From the NCBI RefSeq assembly GCF_018350175.1, contig NC_058383.1, positions 6,760,001-6,824,000 of the forward strand: a stretch of DNA of 64,000 nt, given 5' to 3'. Below are positions 25,800 through 40,880 of the stretch, piece after piece. This stretch comes from Felis catus (lineage: Eukaryota). Within the stretch, counting starts at the first letter, position 1, and each line of letters opens with the position of its first letter. The notes under the pieces are model-generated. The model did no database searches. It was not told where the DNA came from and saw nothing but the letters and a program-made list of their open reading frames with translations. A program made the translations under genes and the position numbers.

Positions 25800-26750
25800 A
25801 CTGCTTCTGCTCCATCAGAACTGATTACACCCAGGTTGCCAGTGGCTTACCTATAATGAATCCATTGGACACATTTTTTTCAGCTTTAATTTTTTGACCC
25901 CTTAGTATTTTCTGTTGATGTGATCATTCTTCCTCACACCTCTTGTTCTTTGGTTTCAGAAGCATCATTTTCTTCTTGTTTTCCTCTTGCCTTCTCCGGG
26001 CCTTTCCCACTCCTGTTTCTCCACCTGTTTTTAAATGTTGATTTTCCCTAAGACTGTTCTCAGCCCTCTTTTTTCACTCCTGTGCGTGATCCTGTCCCCT
26101 TCCAGGACAAAACTTGGGAGTCATACTCTACTATTCTCCTTCCCTCCATATTCAGTCAGCCACCACATCCTGTCAGTTTTTCTTCAAAAAGTGCCTGATT
26201 CACTTGTCTGTCACTGCCATTTCCTCATTTTAGTCCCGTCCTATTTTTCTTGGATTGTTGATACATCACTATGCTATTGGTCATGCCCCTCACTCTAGGC
26301 TCTCCTCTACACTGCTGCCAGAAGAATTTCCCTGGGAACAAATTTGATCATGCTAGTCTTTGCCTATAAAATAAAGTGCAAAGCCCTGGGTGTGGCTTAT
26401 ATGCCTCTTCATAGGTGGCTCTACTCTACTTTTTCACTACATCTGCTTCCTGCCCACATGGAGCATACATTTCAGTCACATTGAATTTTTTTTCACTATT
26501 CCTTAAACTTAGTGTTCCTTTTTAAGTTGCTGAGCCTTAGCATATGCTATTACTTGTTTCTGGAATACTCTTTACCTTGTAGATCCTGATCATAGTCAAG
26601 ATCCCGCTCCAAGTCATTCTTTGAGGATGCCATCTCCAATCACCTAGGTAGGGGTTGTCCTTCCTAATTCTGCTTTGAGGCAGCATTATAATCCTTCTAC
26701 CAGTATCCTGCACATAGTGGGTGGTCTATATGTTTTTGATTGGTTAAATC
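25800..26750 (+). mobile_element. Degenerate L2 LINE fragments
   Basis: Pyrimidine-rich L2-like phrases recognised from memory; ends approximate. Confidence 0.45.
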
Positions 26751-26760
26751 AAACAGGAAG

Positions 26761-27197
26761 TGTATTCATTTCCTAGGGTTGCCGTAACAAATTACCACAA
26801 CTGCATGGCTTAATACAGCAGAACTATATTCTCACCATTTTGTAAGCTAGAAGTCCAAGAGGGCCTGTCTACCTCTGAAGGTTCTAGAGAGGAATCCGTC
26901 TTTGACTGATCCTAGCTTCTGGTGGTCCCCAGCAATTCTTGAGGCTTCTTGGCTTATGGCTGTATCATTCAATCTCTGTCTCTGTTGTCACATGACCTTC
27001 TTTTCTGTGTTTCCATATCTGAATCTTCCTCTTCTTTCTCTTATAAAGATATCAGTCATTGGATTTAGCCCCAACCCCCCAATCCATTATGACCTCATCT
27101 GAACTCTGCAAAGACTGCTTCCAAATAAGGTCACATTCTGAGATTCCAGGTAGACATGAGTGGGGGGCGGGGGGGGCATTATTTGACACAGTACAGT
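26761..27197 (-). mobile_element. MLT1-type (ERVL-MaLR) solo LTR
   Basis: TGTATT..TTTCCTAGGG.TGCCGTAACAAATTACCACAA terminus and CCAAATAAGGTCACATTCTGAG motif. Confidence 0.75.
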
Positions 27198-27489
27198 ATT
27201 ACTCATTTCTCCTGCTGTTAGAAGTGAATATACTTGAGATCACACAGCTTTGTAGTTAAACTACTTGAAGAACTGCATAGATTTGCCCCTTTCCTCTAAA
27301 TTAAAAGCAGATCAGCCAAGAAACTTTCTTTTAAACCTTTGTCCACAGAGACACATTTGATTTGCTTATTTCAGAGGGCAACTGCTCTCTTCTTGGGCTT
27401 CTGTAGCTCTGTCTTAGACTGGCCACTCTCTGTTGAGGCGTTCTGGGGGCCCTGCTATCTACCAGACTTTGGATCCAAGTTTTTGATAT

Positions 27490-28160
27490 TTTTCTTTTTT
27501 TTTTTTAATTTTTAAAATGTTTATTATTTTTTTAATATTTATTTAGCGAGAGAGAGAGAGAGACAGAGCGTGAGTGGGGGATGGGCAGAGAGAGAGGGAG
27601 ACACAGAATCCAAAGCAGACTCAGGCTCTGAGCTGTCAGCACAGAACCTGATGCGGGGCTCGAACCCATGAAGCGCGAGATCATGATCTGAGCTGAAGTC
27701 AGACGCCTAACTGACTGAGCCACCCAGGTGCCCCTAATGTTTGTTTATTTTTGAGTGACAGAGAGAAGGAGAGAGAATGAGCAGGGGAGAGGCAGAGAGA
27801 GAGGGAGACACAGAATCTGAAGCAGGCTGCAGGCCCCGAGCTGTCAGCACAGAGCCCATTGTAGGACTTGAACCCACAATCTGTGAGATCATGACCTGAG
27901 CCTAATTCAGATGTTCAACTGACTGAGCCACCCAGGCACCCCCTTCTTTTCTTTAAAAAGAATTTTGTTTCCAATTTTATTTTAGAGAGTGCAAGCAGGG
28001 GAGAGGGGCAGAGAGAGAGAGAGAGAGAATGGGAATCTTAAGCAGTCTCCACGTTCAGTGCAGAACTCGATTTGATGCGGGGCTTGATCTCACGACCCTG
28101 GGATCATGACCTGAGCCAAAATCAAGAGTCAGATGTCTGACTGCGCCAGCCAGGTGCCCC
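27490..28160 (-). mobile_element. Three consecutive Can-SINEs
   Basis: Three reverse-complement heads ending near 27735, 27943 and 28160. Confidence 0.88.
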
Positions 28161-28959
28161 GATATTTTTTCTAAAAGTGGCTGTGATCTATGAAGAGATC
28201 TACCTCTCTGAATTTTATTTGAGCCTCAGTCCTGGAGACTTTTTATAAATGGTCTTTTTGGAACCGTCAGTGATTTATAGATTCTTCTCTTGATGGAGGG
28301 GAACTTCCTTTTAATGAATTGCCGGGAAATAATCAGGAGCATTTTGAAGCACCTAATGTGCACAGGACTCTTTTCATAGTAGTGGGCTTGGAGAAAAAGA
28401 AATGGAAGACATCTTTTATTCTGAGATGCTTTGAATATAAATTGACACACACACACACACAAATACTTCTGAGGAGAGGCCCAAAGACTGTGGTTAAATA
28501 CCATGATAGAGGTAGGAACTGAATGCTTTAGAGATTCAAAGGAGAGATCACTTCCAGCTAGGGTTAGAGCCGGGTTAGGTTTCAGGAAGGAGACTGCCTT
28601 TGAGCTGGGTCTTGAAGGTCTAGGATTTTGATAGGTGGCATTAGAATGGAGGCTGTTCCAGGTGGAGGAGAAGGATGTGTGTGGGGATATACATGTTCAG
28701 GAAATAGTTCACATTAATTGGAGTATAGAGAAGACGTGATAGGGGATGAGTCTGTAAGTCAGAGTGGAGTAAGATTGTGGGAGAGGAATGCCAGGCCCAA
28801 GAGCTCAGTTTTTGTTCAGCAGATGTTGAGGTATGATGTGTTAGCTTTTCTTAACAGGAGGCTAGCTGGTGAACATTGCATATGAAGGAAGAGAATCTGA
28901 CTTGTTGAGTGTGGTATGGGAGGTGAGAGTTGCTTAGGATCCGACTTTAGGACGTGAAT

Positions 28960-29031
28960 AGTGATAACAGGAAGGTAGGGACAAAAATCAAGAAGTGATA
29001 ACAGGAAGGTAGGGACAAAAATCAAGAAGTG
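28960..29031. repeat. Perfect 34-bp tandem duplication
   Basis: AGTGATAACAGGAAGGTAGGGACAAAAATCAAGA twice, followed by AGTG. Confidence 0.95.
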
Positions 29032-29299
29032 TGCTGTAGGTAGAAGCAATAGTACTTGTGTACCGAGTGGATGTGAGGGCAGAGAAAGGAGTCACTGATC
29101 ATTGTCAGTGCTAAAATGCTAAAGCTACAGGAGAGTTGCAAGAATATTATACCAAATATTCAAACTCCAGAAGGAGGAACAGATTTGAGACCTATTGATC
29201 TCAAGAGACTGGTATGAGAACTACATGGAAATGTGTCTTTAGATTATTGGAGGTGCCGTAGCCTGTTACAGATATTCCCCATTTCAGGAGATGGGAACA

Positions 29300-30115
29300 C
29301 AATCCCTTCAGCTACTTAACCCAGAGAGAAACAGCTTCTCTCATATTCATATCCAGCAGTCAGTACTCCTGTCCACACAACCATCAACGTTGTTTTCCAG
29401 AATCCAAGTAATTCTTACTACCTTCTCCACCACAGTCTTGGTCCAGGGTGCCATCATCTTTCACCTGAACTATTGCAGCAGCCTCCTGGCTGGTTGTCCT
29501 GCCTCTACCATTGCCTTCCTACAGTCTTTCCAAAATAGCAGCCGGTGTGATCCTGTTAAAATGCCAGGTCTTGTCTTCCTCTGGTCAAAAGCCTCCTGTG
29601 GCTCCCCATCTCACTCGGTGAAAGAACACCTCTTCCAGTAGCCTATAGGGTCCTATGTTCTCTGATTCCCTTTTAATGTCTGTGACCTCATTTCTTACTA
29701 CCCCTCCCCCTGCTCATTGCATACCCATCACATTGCCTCCTTGAACACCCAGGGCCTTTGCACTTGTTATTTCTTCTATGTGCAATGCTCTTTCTCAGAT
29801 ACCCTTATCTCCTTCAAGTCTTTGCTTCAGTGTCCTTTTATTAGTCCTTCTTTGACCATGGTATGTAAAATTGGAACCCTTCTGCCCACTCCCTCCCCCT
29901 GGCACTCTACTCCTCTTCCTTGCTTTCTCTATGGTACGTGTATCTTCTTCCTCTAAGAGTATGTAATTTATAAGGTTTCTTGTCCAGCTTCCTTACTAAA
30001 ATGAAGTATCTTAGAAGGCAGAGTTTTTGCCTATTTGCCCACTGGTGTATCTCAGCACTTGGAACTGTACCTGGCATGTTGTTGGTGCTCATTAAGATGG
30101 ATGTGAATGAGTGAA
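29300..30115 (+). mobile_element. L2 LINE 3' portion
   Basis: L2-like body ending in CCTGGCATG...GGTGCTCA...GAATGAGTGA; ends approximate. Confidence 0.6.
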
Positions 30116-30618
30116 GTGTCACAGGACTCATAAAGAGGAGAAGTATTGAAGAATTCTACAAGGATCACTTTCAGCCAATGAAGAAGGTGCTATTGAATGG
30201 AGCCTGAGAGCTGTAGGATTTGCATTCTTGACTATGTCGGGCAGGCTGTCAGATCCTCTGTCTGTCGGCCCAAATAAAAGGCTCATCCTCTAGCATGCCT
30301 AAGCCTTCACATGTTGGAGACAACAAAGCGATTGGTTCAACAAAAAGAAAAGGTTTGGTGTAGGGGAGAGGATCAGAACAAGGCTGGAAAGACAGAGGCC
30401 AGGTCAGGGAGATACAGAAGAAACCCTCATTTGGCCTCAAGACCAAATGGAGGCATGCCCAGGCTATTGCTCTTTGACTTTTGATGAGCTGATGAAGACT
30501 TTATTAGCTTCTCTGTCTGATGTCTCACCTTATTAATGATCCCAGTTTTGAAGGGCTTCTGGGTTTAGATGCTCCTAGGCCTGTGGGACAAATCTGGAAG
30601 ACTTAGAAGGTTCTAGAG

Positions 30619-30818
30619 TTAGGCTGTCCAGTAGGGTAGCACCAGCTACAATGGGCTAACTACATTGAAATTAATTAAATACAATTAAAAGTTCAGCTCC
30701 TCAGTTGCACTAGCCACATTTCAAGTGCTCAGTAGCCATCTGTGACTACTGGCTACTGTATTGGACAGTGCAGATGTGGAACAGTTACATAACCACAGTA
30801 AGTTCTGTTGGATTGTGC
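30619..30818. mobile_element. MER3-like DNA transposon fossil
   Basis: CTAGCCACATTTCAAGTGCTCAGTAGCCA core; related copy at 46305-46520. Confidence 0.7.
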
Positions 30819-31029
30819 ACAGTGAATGACTTGAATTTACAGTACCAGTTCATTTTGGTATCTTGCGAAAAAGAATTGGCCTGCCTACCTATTTGTTTGG
30901 GCTTGACTGATGCCTTTGTCACTTTTTTTTTTAAAGTACCTAACTTTTTAGACCTAGTCTCTGTGTTTGCAATTCGTGTGACTTACAAGGTAAACAGTTA
31001 AACACATGTGCAAATGGATATAAAAACAT

Positions 31030-31770
31030 TAACCCAGTAGTCCATTCACACTGTTAGAATGGCTATCATTTAAACGACAAGAAGTAACAAGTGTTGGTGA
31101 GGATGTGGAGAAAAGGAATTCTTATACACTGTTGGTGAGGATGTAAGTTGATGAACTACCAATAGAACTACCATATGATCCAGCAATTCACTTCTGTGTG
31201 TTTATCTGAGGGAAATGAAAGCACAAATCTCAAGAAGATATCTGCACCCCCCATGTTCATTACAGCATTATGTACAACAGCCAAGACGTGGAAACAGCCT
31301 AAGTGTCCATCGATGGATGAGTGGATAAAGCACATATGGTATACATACAAATATACATATGTATACACAGTGGAATATTGTTCAGCCATGAAAAGGAAAT
31401 CTGTCATTTTTGGAAACATGGATGGACCTTGAGGATATTATGCTAAGTGAAATAAATCAGAGAAAGACAGATACTGTATGATCTCACTTATATATGACAT
31501 CCAAAAAACAAACAAAAAAAAAAACCCCACCCCAACTCTTAGACACAGAAAACAAACTGGTGATTGCCAGATATTGGGGGTGGGCCTGGGGGAATTGGAT
31601 GAAGGGTGTCAAAAAGTAGAAACTTCCAGTTACAAGCTAAATAAGTCCTGAGGATGTAATGTACAACATGGCAACTATAGTTGATAATGCTGAATAGTAT
31701 GTTTGAAAGTTGCTGTGAGAGAGGACCTGAAAAGTTCTTATTACAAGAAGAAAATTTTTACAAATACAGT
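31030..31770 (+). mobile_element. L1 3' fragment (ORF2 C-terminus and 3' UTR)
   Basis: Translates to MFITALCTTAKTWKQPKCPSMDEWIK, typical of the L1 ORF2 end. Confidence 0.85.
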
Positions 31771-32801
31771 ATCTAAATTGAACATACAGAGGATGAGAGC
31801 ATATCTGGATGTGGAGAACAAGTGATAAGACATCACAGATAATTATTAAATTCCTTCAATAAAATGACTATTACCAAATAAAATCAGAGCTGTTTATATT
31901 CTAGGCTTTCCCTGCTGATGGAAATGCTGCATTGGCTATTTCTCAGCACTCCCTTCTTTCAGAAAGATCCCTCTTGGTAGAGGGCCTGCTTTCTCTAATA
32001 CCACTGCGAACAAAACAAAACAAAACAAAACAAAAACAAAAACTTCTCTAGCTTCAGTGAGCCTTATTTCATAAGTATTTCTTGAGAGGAGGAATGTATT
32101 AAACAGGAAATGTTTTTCTATCATGTCTCCTTTAAATGCAGTTAGGGTGCAGGGTTTATTTTTGTATGTTCTGTTAGAGTTGAAATCGACTTGGAAATAT
32201 TTCTACTCCATGCTTCATATTTAAACAACTCTTCCTCTTCTCCCCTTTCCTTTATTAAATCTTCCCAATTTGCAGTATTTTTTAAAGATGTACATAAGTA
32301 GGTCTGAGTGTGTCTGTCCATAAGTGAGCATCTGTGTATAGAGAGATGCTCTGGTGAAGAAGGTGTTGACATTTGATGATGTGAAGATAGTCTTTCCTTT
32401 TACCTCAGAGACAATCACGAGGCCAGGGTACCATGTAGACAGAACCTCTGGGGTAGGATACTCCTCTTTAATTGATTTGTTTAGTCCCTTCCCCTCCCCA
32501 CACAGAGACCCCAGAATCTCCCTTCTAATGTTCTGAGATACTTCCACTTCTCCCAAACACCGCTTTCCTTTCTGCTAATCCCAGTATGTCTGTCTGGTTA
32601 GCTACTTCATATATAAACCCTAATTTTAGTTTCCCACTGCTTTCTCCAGTTCTGCACAACTTGTATCCATCTTTTCTCTGTACTGCAAGGCCATTTTTCA
32701 TACTTTTTGTTGAACCAAATCCTTCTTGAATACTCTGACCATCCTGTTTCCCACCAGGAATTTTTCTTATTACATTTTACCTTTTTTATGTTTTCTGTCA
32801 G

Positions 32802-33990
<1,189 letters not shown>

Positions 33991-34976
33991 TGTGTCAGAG
34001 AGGGGTGTGAAAGGAACCTAATGCAGCACTACCAAGGTGATGGCTAAGTGGAACCTTCAGTTAGTGCTGCTGTTTATTTGATGTTTAGGATCTGCATCAC
34101 AGGGAGATTCTGTGGTTTGCTTTTCAGATCTTCCCAGTTGTCTTCTGAAAATGGAATGAGTCAGATCCACTCCAGGGAAGAAAGAATCAGGGAATTCTGG
34201 ATTCAGATTCATAGATCAGGAAAGCAGCAAGGTGACCTTTGAACCCAGTCGTTCTCCTTCTAGCTCATCTATTCTGTTGTAACTCTTGATGGAAGTGACC
34301 CTTGGGTCTTGGACCAGCATTTCACTCCTCAGTGTCCTGCAGATTATTGAATCTCTTGTTTTATATGACCTAAATGCACTTAATAAACAGGCATATTTTC
34401 TAGGCCAAATAACTTCAGTATGACATGTCACGGGCTTTGTTATATGTCAGCTTGGGTAGGTTGAAATGCACTTGCCAGACTTCCCTTTCCTGTAATTTTT
34501 GGTTCTTGAGGGCTAGAGAGGGAGATTCTTGGGAGACTGGGAGGGCAGAAAAAAAGCAGCAGTTATTTTGTAACTCACCCATGCGGTTGCTAGTCAGCAG
34601 CTGGGCCTGCAAAGGGTCCACCTTCCCCTGGATCTTCCTTTGCCTTCCCTAGGTTGTGTGTGTGTGTGTGTTTGTGTCCTCGTGGTTTTACCCCTCTGAT
34701 TGAATCCTAGTCATACTCAAGGTCACTGTTCTTGTGACAAGTACACATTTATTTTAAGTTTAGGTGGAGAGAAATGGGTAACTTCTGGCAGTTTTTGAAA
34801 CAAAACTTCAATAATAATTTTCAAGATTTCCTTTAAGAAAAAGCCACAGTTCAAACTCCTTTATAACAAAAATGACATCATAACCTGAGGCAGAGCTTCA
34901 CTACTGGGTAATTGTTGAGGAAAAAATTGAATAGTGTGATACATAATAGATCATTTTTTTAAGGATTTTTTATTTT

Positions 34977-35290
34977 GGGGTGCCTGGATGGCTCAGTTGG
35001 TTGAGCATCTGACTTCAGCTCAGGTCATGATCTCATGGTTTGGGAGTTTGAGCCCTGCATTGGGTTCTCTGCTGTCAGTGCAGAGCCTGCTTCGGATCCT
35101 GTGTCTCCCCTCTCTCCTCTCTGTCTCTGCCCCTCCCCCACTCATGTGTGTGCTAGTGCTTGCTCTCTCTCAAAAATGAATAGGATTTTTATTTTTAAGA
35201 AATCTCTGCACCCAAACATGGGACTTGAATTCATGACCCTGAGATCAAGAGTCACATGATTCACCAGCTGTGCCAGCCAGGTGCTCCCAT
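34977..35290. mobile_element. Can-SINE (+) followed by a short SINE fragment (-)
   Basis: SINE head motifs and tails. Confidence 0.8.
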
Positions 35291-35967
35291 AATGGATACA
35301 ATTAAAAAAAAACACACAAAAACTTTTGAGTACTCATTACCATGAATATTTTTATCACTGAAAGAAATCCCAAAAATATCTCTACTGGGTAGTACATTGT
35401 TAGACTTATTCTAGGTATCTGAGAAAAATACCTACTTTGTTGTAAATGCTTATTTTTTATCACAAAAAAATAAGATTGTTTTACCTCTAGTTAGTCTGGA
35501 TTAATGATTATTTAAAATATCAAGTGAAAATTATACTTACATTGTAGACTCTTAAAATTGAAACTTGCCTGTCCTGCAGCTTCCATGCCTGGTCTGGTGC
35601 TGTGCACACAGTAGGTATTGAGTGGATGGCTGTGGAATGAATCTGTTTACTGGACACCAAAGTCTTGTTGTTTGTCTCAGCTCTTCTATCTACACTCCTC
35701 TACCTTCCTCTCTGTATAATCTGGAGGTGATTATTAGCACTAAGGGTCACCTTGCCATCTAGATGTCCCGAGTATGGACTTGCACTCTGTGAGGCCTGGT
35801 CTGACCTCTGAGCTGGTGTGCCCTCTTACTCTACTCGGCATGTGACCCTTCTCGAGTCCCTCCCCATTCCTTTCACCACAGAACGGGCCCTTTCCTTCTT
35901 GGGGTCTTGAGAAGCTTCAGGGATGAGGCAGGGCTTGATGAGTTGGGTTTGAAGGCTGGGCAGGATT

Positions 35968-36441
35968 CTTTTTTTTTAAGGGTATTTATCCATTTTGAGA
36001 GAAAGAGAGAGAGAAAGCACATGTCGGGAGGGCAGAGAGTACGTGAGAGAGGGAATCTCAAGCAGGCTCCACACTGTCAGCACAGAGCCCCCAACTCAGG
36101 CTTGAACTCATGAACGGTAGGATCATGACCAGAGCCAAGATCAAGAGTTGGACGCCCCACAGACTGGGCAGGATTCTGACTGGCAGAAAAGAATAGCAGG
36201 GAGGGGCATCTCAGGACAAAGTCATTGTGCAGGGTCACGGGCCAGGCTCCAAGGGTGGAGGTGTCCGTGGAGACCAGGAAAGGAGAGCAAAGAGTTTGTC
36301 TAGCCGTATCAAAGGCACTAAAGTAGTGGGGGAGCGGCTCCTGGCTGGCTCAATCAGTGGAGCATGCAACTCTTGATCTCAGAGTTGTTAAGTTCAAGCC
36401 CCACGTAGGGTGTAGAGATTACTTAAAAAAAAAAAAAAAAA
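35968..36441. mobile_element. Can-SINE (-, about 35968-36170) and short Can-SINE (+, about 36328-36441)
   Basis: SINE motifs; GGCAGGATTCT repeated around the first copy. Confidence 0.75.
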
Positions 36442-38209
36442 GATGTAGGAAAAAAACCCACTAAAGCGGGGCTCTGGTTCTTTGGGCACAAGTATTACTA
36501 GTGGCCAGAAAATTGACTAAGCTGTTAGACCTCAGGTGAACACGAGGGCAGCTGCTCATCCAGGTCGGCCAGGCTTTTCTCAGTCTTAGTATTGGAAGTC
36601 TCACATCTGAGAAAATGCTCAGTCCTGTGCGAACCAGGATGACTGATCACCTGAAGCCATAGTAACCCCACATCCTTGCCCGCTCATGGCTCCTAGCTGC
36701 AACAGGACATAATAGAGCGGGAATTCTTAGGTAGCATACTGTATTACCTGGGAGACTTTCAAAGTACCTCAGTCCCAATCTCAGAGATTTTATGGAATTG
36801 GGTATGACCTGGATATTGGGATTTTGCAAGTTACCAGCGAATTCTAATGTGCATTCAAGGTTGGGAACCTATATATGCAATAGGGGACAACAATGCTTCA
36901 CAGGTGCTGAAAGACACAAAAAGATCACATAGGATGTGTGGCGTAGTCACTGAGGGCTAGCAAGAGGGCTGGACTGGGAGTGTGGAGCACATCAGGAGCC
37001 TATGTGAAAGGAGAGAGAAGGTGTCCCAGGTGAAGGAGCTGTGGGGCCCTGGCATTGGGAATGGAGCCAGCTAGTGGGTGGATTCCCTAAGTGCAGTAAA
37101 CCAGGTCTGGGGGCTGGAGAGCAGAGGTCTGCTCACTTCCCAGTTCTGTTAACTGGTAAAACTACAGTTTGGGTTTTCCCTTGGGAGCTGTGGCCCAAGG
37201 AAGCACAGAGTCTGGGGGAAGTCAGAGCTCCAGCTCATGGGGACTCCACCCCATTTTCCAGCAGACAGTTATTCTTGCTTGTCCTCTACCCTGAACCTGG
37301 GAAAATATGAAAATGCTTCCAGAGGAGGCTATAACCTAAGCCTGTGCACACATTCTAAAATCTCCAGTCCTGGAGGGGGCTGGCCTGGTAGTCCTTAGCC
37401 ATGCTGTGGGCGCAGCCTTGGGCTCCCCTGAATGAGAGGTTCTTCCTGTGCTCTGTTAGAGGATGGAATCTGGGAAAGGGAAGATAGTAAGAGGAAGAGG
37501 AATTTTGGCATTGGCGCCCAAATATGACTGCTTTAATTTACCAGAGGCCTCTCATGGCCCTTAGGATGTAACTCTACAAGACCCTTCACGTCTCTGCTCT
37601 GCCTATTGACGTCTTCAGTTCTCTGGGGGCCGCTCCTTCCAGTCATTTTGAAATTTGTTGGGTCCTTGAACACAGTATTTTTTCAAATGTAGGTCAAAGC
37701 AACTAGTGGGTCAGAAAATTAATTTATTGGAGTGAGTTGCAACCAGCACTGAGGGTAAAAGAAAAAAGTAAGCATGACTGGACTGGGATAGAAAGCATTT
37801 GTGTGCATTGCACGTAGCTAAGGGAAGTGAGATTTTTCCATGTGCACATGTACACATATGTGCCATGTATAGTAGTTCTTGCTGAAGAGCAGGTGAAAAT
37901 CTTTGCACAATGCAATCCCCTTTTGGGGATAAGATTCCATGTAAATCCTGCCTCCTTGCAGGTCTTCCCTTGGGCTGAATTGTCCTCTGCTATCCCTGTA
38001 GCGTGCTATCCATCCTTTGTGTACTGAGCACATTTTTTAAAAAAGTGATTTATTCAGGTACCGGTCTCTGTGCTAGATGGCAAGTTCTGCGAGGGCAAGG
38101 ACTGTACACACAGAACATTGAACGTCGTATCTGTCATTAGAGAAAGCACTTTGATGCTGCGTGGCTGAGTACTTTAGGTTACTGCTGTGGATATGTTCTT
38201 AGCCAAGTT

Positions 38210-39100
38210 TCTTTTTATTTTTTCCAGTTTTTTTTTTTTTTATCTGAGAGATTTCAATATACGGAAAAGTTGAAAAATGGTATAAATGAACACGCTATAT
38301 ATCCTCTATGTAGATAAGTAATTATTATCACCTGTCCATATCTACTTTCTATCCATATAAATTTTTTTCTGAATTATTTGAGAACATGCATGGACATAAC
38401 CTTCACCCCTAAGTAGCATGGCATGCTTCTCCTACAAGTAAGGTTAGTCTCCTACATAATCGCATCACTTTTAACATACTTAAGAAAAAGAATTTAATTT
38501 CCTAATAACATATAAAATGCAGTCTATATTCAGACTTTCCCCGGTTGCCCCAAGAATGTGTTTTATAGCAATTTTATTTCTAATCAGAAAAAAAAACAAA
38601 AAAACAAAAAAACCCCAGGGTCACATTGCATTTGGCTTTATGTCTCTTTAGTTTCATTTAATCTAGAATAGTTCCTCTGCTTTTGTTTGTTCATTTGTTT
38701 GTGACAATGACTTTTGGAGGAGTCCAGAACAGTTATCCTTTAGAATTTTTCACAGAATTGGTTCCTGTTGTCCTGTGGTGGTATTTAACTTCCCTCCACC
38801 CCCCTGTATTTCCTCTAAACTGGAATGAGGTTTAGAGGCTTGATTAAACATTTTTGGCAAGAAAACCTCATAGGTCATGTCTCCATACTGTAATGCCTCC
38901 GTAGGCAACCGACGTCATATCATCCCACCCTAGGTCATGCCGTTTATTCACCTGTTTCAGGTAGTGACTGCCAGATCTCTGCTACGTAAACGTATGTTTT
39001 CCTTTTGCAACTAGTAATTTGTAAGGACGATAAACTCTAGCACCATGCAAATAATGTATTCCCCTACAGCCTAATGTTTTTAGCAACTATCCATGATCTT
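38210..39100 (-). mobile_element. Old L1M (L1MC-like) 3' fragment
   Basis: T-rich sequence with L1 3' UTR-like phrases; ends and subfamily approximate. Confidence 0.5.
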
Positions 39101-40424
39101 CTGGGCAAGTTCTTAACCCGAGACTTTATTCATTTGCAGTATGAGGATAATAATGCCTGTCATTTGGGTTTACTGTGTAATGAGATTCAAAAGTATAACA
39201 TAACAGTGCACGTGAAAATGCTGCCCTGGTCTGCCATGATTTCTCCCTTCTTCTGAAGACACCATTCCTCTTCCTTTAAGAAAGTTTTTATGTTGATCCA
39301 GATATGTAATCCAAATTGCTGACTTCTCAGTGACCCTGTCTGCCTGGCCACTGTGAAGCACAGTTGACTTATCTTCTCTGGCCAGAGTGGAATGAGCATG
39401 TGACTTGAGCTAATCAGAATGCTTACTTGGGAAGTTTTGAAACAAGGAGAGGGTGAGAATAGGGTGAAGAAAACCTTCTTTTCCTCCAGGATGACTAAAT
39501 GTGAAGACTGGAATCTGGAAGTGAATTGTTTCCCCTGCCACCTGGAGAATGAAAACCTATCGGGTGGAGGAGATCAGAGTTATCTGTCTGAGATGAGGGC
39601 AGAAGGTTGTGGGAAGGGGGAGGGTCTTCCTGGCCTAGCTCTGGTCCTGCCAGCTGGACCTCTGCCCCGAGCCAGCTAAGCCTGTGGAGGCTGTCTCTGG
39701 GGGAACATTTACAAATTGGGTTCTGAAACTTTGAGAGATACAATCCTGAACAGTATAGGGGCCTGTCACATGCCTCTCACGTGATAGGTGACTGGGTGAA
39801 TTAGTGGCCCATCCCATCTCGGTTTTGAATATGTCAGGGCCAGAGGAGAGGTGAGCAGGTGCCAGACATGGTACTGGCTTTTAAAAATCTTAGAGTTACA
39901 AATGCATTTCCTTGGTGAAAGCAGACTCAAAGTGGTGCGGAGTGGGGGTTGTGTGTGGTGCTGCTGGTGGTTTATCCAGCTCTAAGTGTGGCCACCCCCT
40001 ACCTGTCTCCCAAAGACGGAAGTTAGTCCTGCCCTCTCTGAAGAGTCTTCCCCCAGGTTGAAACCAGCTGCCAGGGTGAGAAGGGTAGCCAGCCTTCTTA
40101 GGGGAGGGCAGAGAAGGGGAGAGGGATGGTGGGGCCTGGAGGCCTGAGGGTGATCAGGCCCATGCACAGGACAAAGGCTTGGGAGGCTGCAGGAGTGGGG
40201 TGATCGGGGATGAGGGTCTTGGAGAAGGGGAATGAACTGGCAGGCTCCTGAGGAGTCAGGGGGGCTTGTCATTGGACGGGTCATTGGACCCTTTTAGCCC
40301 TCCAACAAGAGGAGTTACTATTATTATTCCCACTTCACAGACGAGAAAACTGACACCCAAGAAGAAGTAAATTACCCAAGGTCACCCTGCTGGTAATGGC
40401 AGAGCTGGAATTCGAATTGAGATC

Positions 40425-40880
40425 TGCCCGGCTCGAGATCACTTCCACCCCGTTTGGCGCACGGGTGCGCGAGGTCCGTTCTGCAAACAGCCCCGGAGGT
40501 CAGGTACCCCGGGCCGAGGGCCAGGTGAGTGGGCAGGTGAAGCTGCAGGGCCCCACCCTCCGCCCCAGGGCCCCACGCGGGCTCCGTGGGCTCTGTCAGG
40601 AGAGGGCGCATTCTTGCTCCCGCCTCCGGGCCAACCGAAGCTCTGGACAGAGGGACAAGCTCTGGGCCAAAGGGTTGGATAAGGGGCTGGCCTAGAGGGA
40701 AGCCCTGCCCTAGAGGCCCGGAAACCCCGAAGGTGCCCCAGGAGGGAGGAGAGACCACCCGGGAGGGAGCGGAAGGTGGGCCCAAGGATTGGGGGCGTGG
40801 AGAGGGCCCCCAGCACCCCTCCCCCTGCCGCCTTCAGGCCACCCCGCAGGCTTTTGCGACCCACTGCAGTGGCGGGGCTG
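40425..40880 (+). promoter_or_regulatory. TMEM225B: Small CpG island, candidate TMEM225B promoter and non-coding first exon
   Basis: CpG cluster with GC box; donors CAG|GTACCC (after 40503) and CAG|GTGAGT (after 40524); the first coding exon needs an upstream exon. Confidence 0.55.

Noticed and set aside
31175..31432. 85-aa ORF with a protein-like sequence
   Set aside because: Decayed L1 ORF2 C-terminus.
32354..32410. KRAB-A-like peptide VLTFDDV in track ORF 32354-32536
   Set aside because: Only about 6 residues match; no EEW, LY or MLENY motif, no good acceptor and no 127-nt exon. It may be a relic but I cannot support it.
40545..40610. Possible SCAN remnant (GP...LRGLCQ resembling GPREAL..LRELC)
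   Set aside because: Short, needs gaps, lies in GC-rich sequence and no other SCAN motif is nearby.
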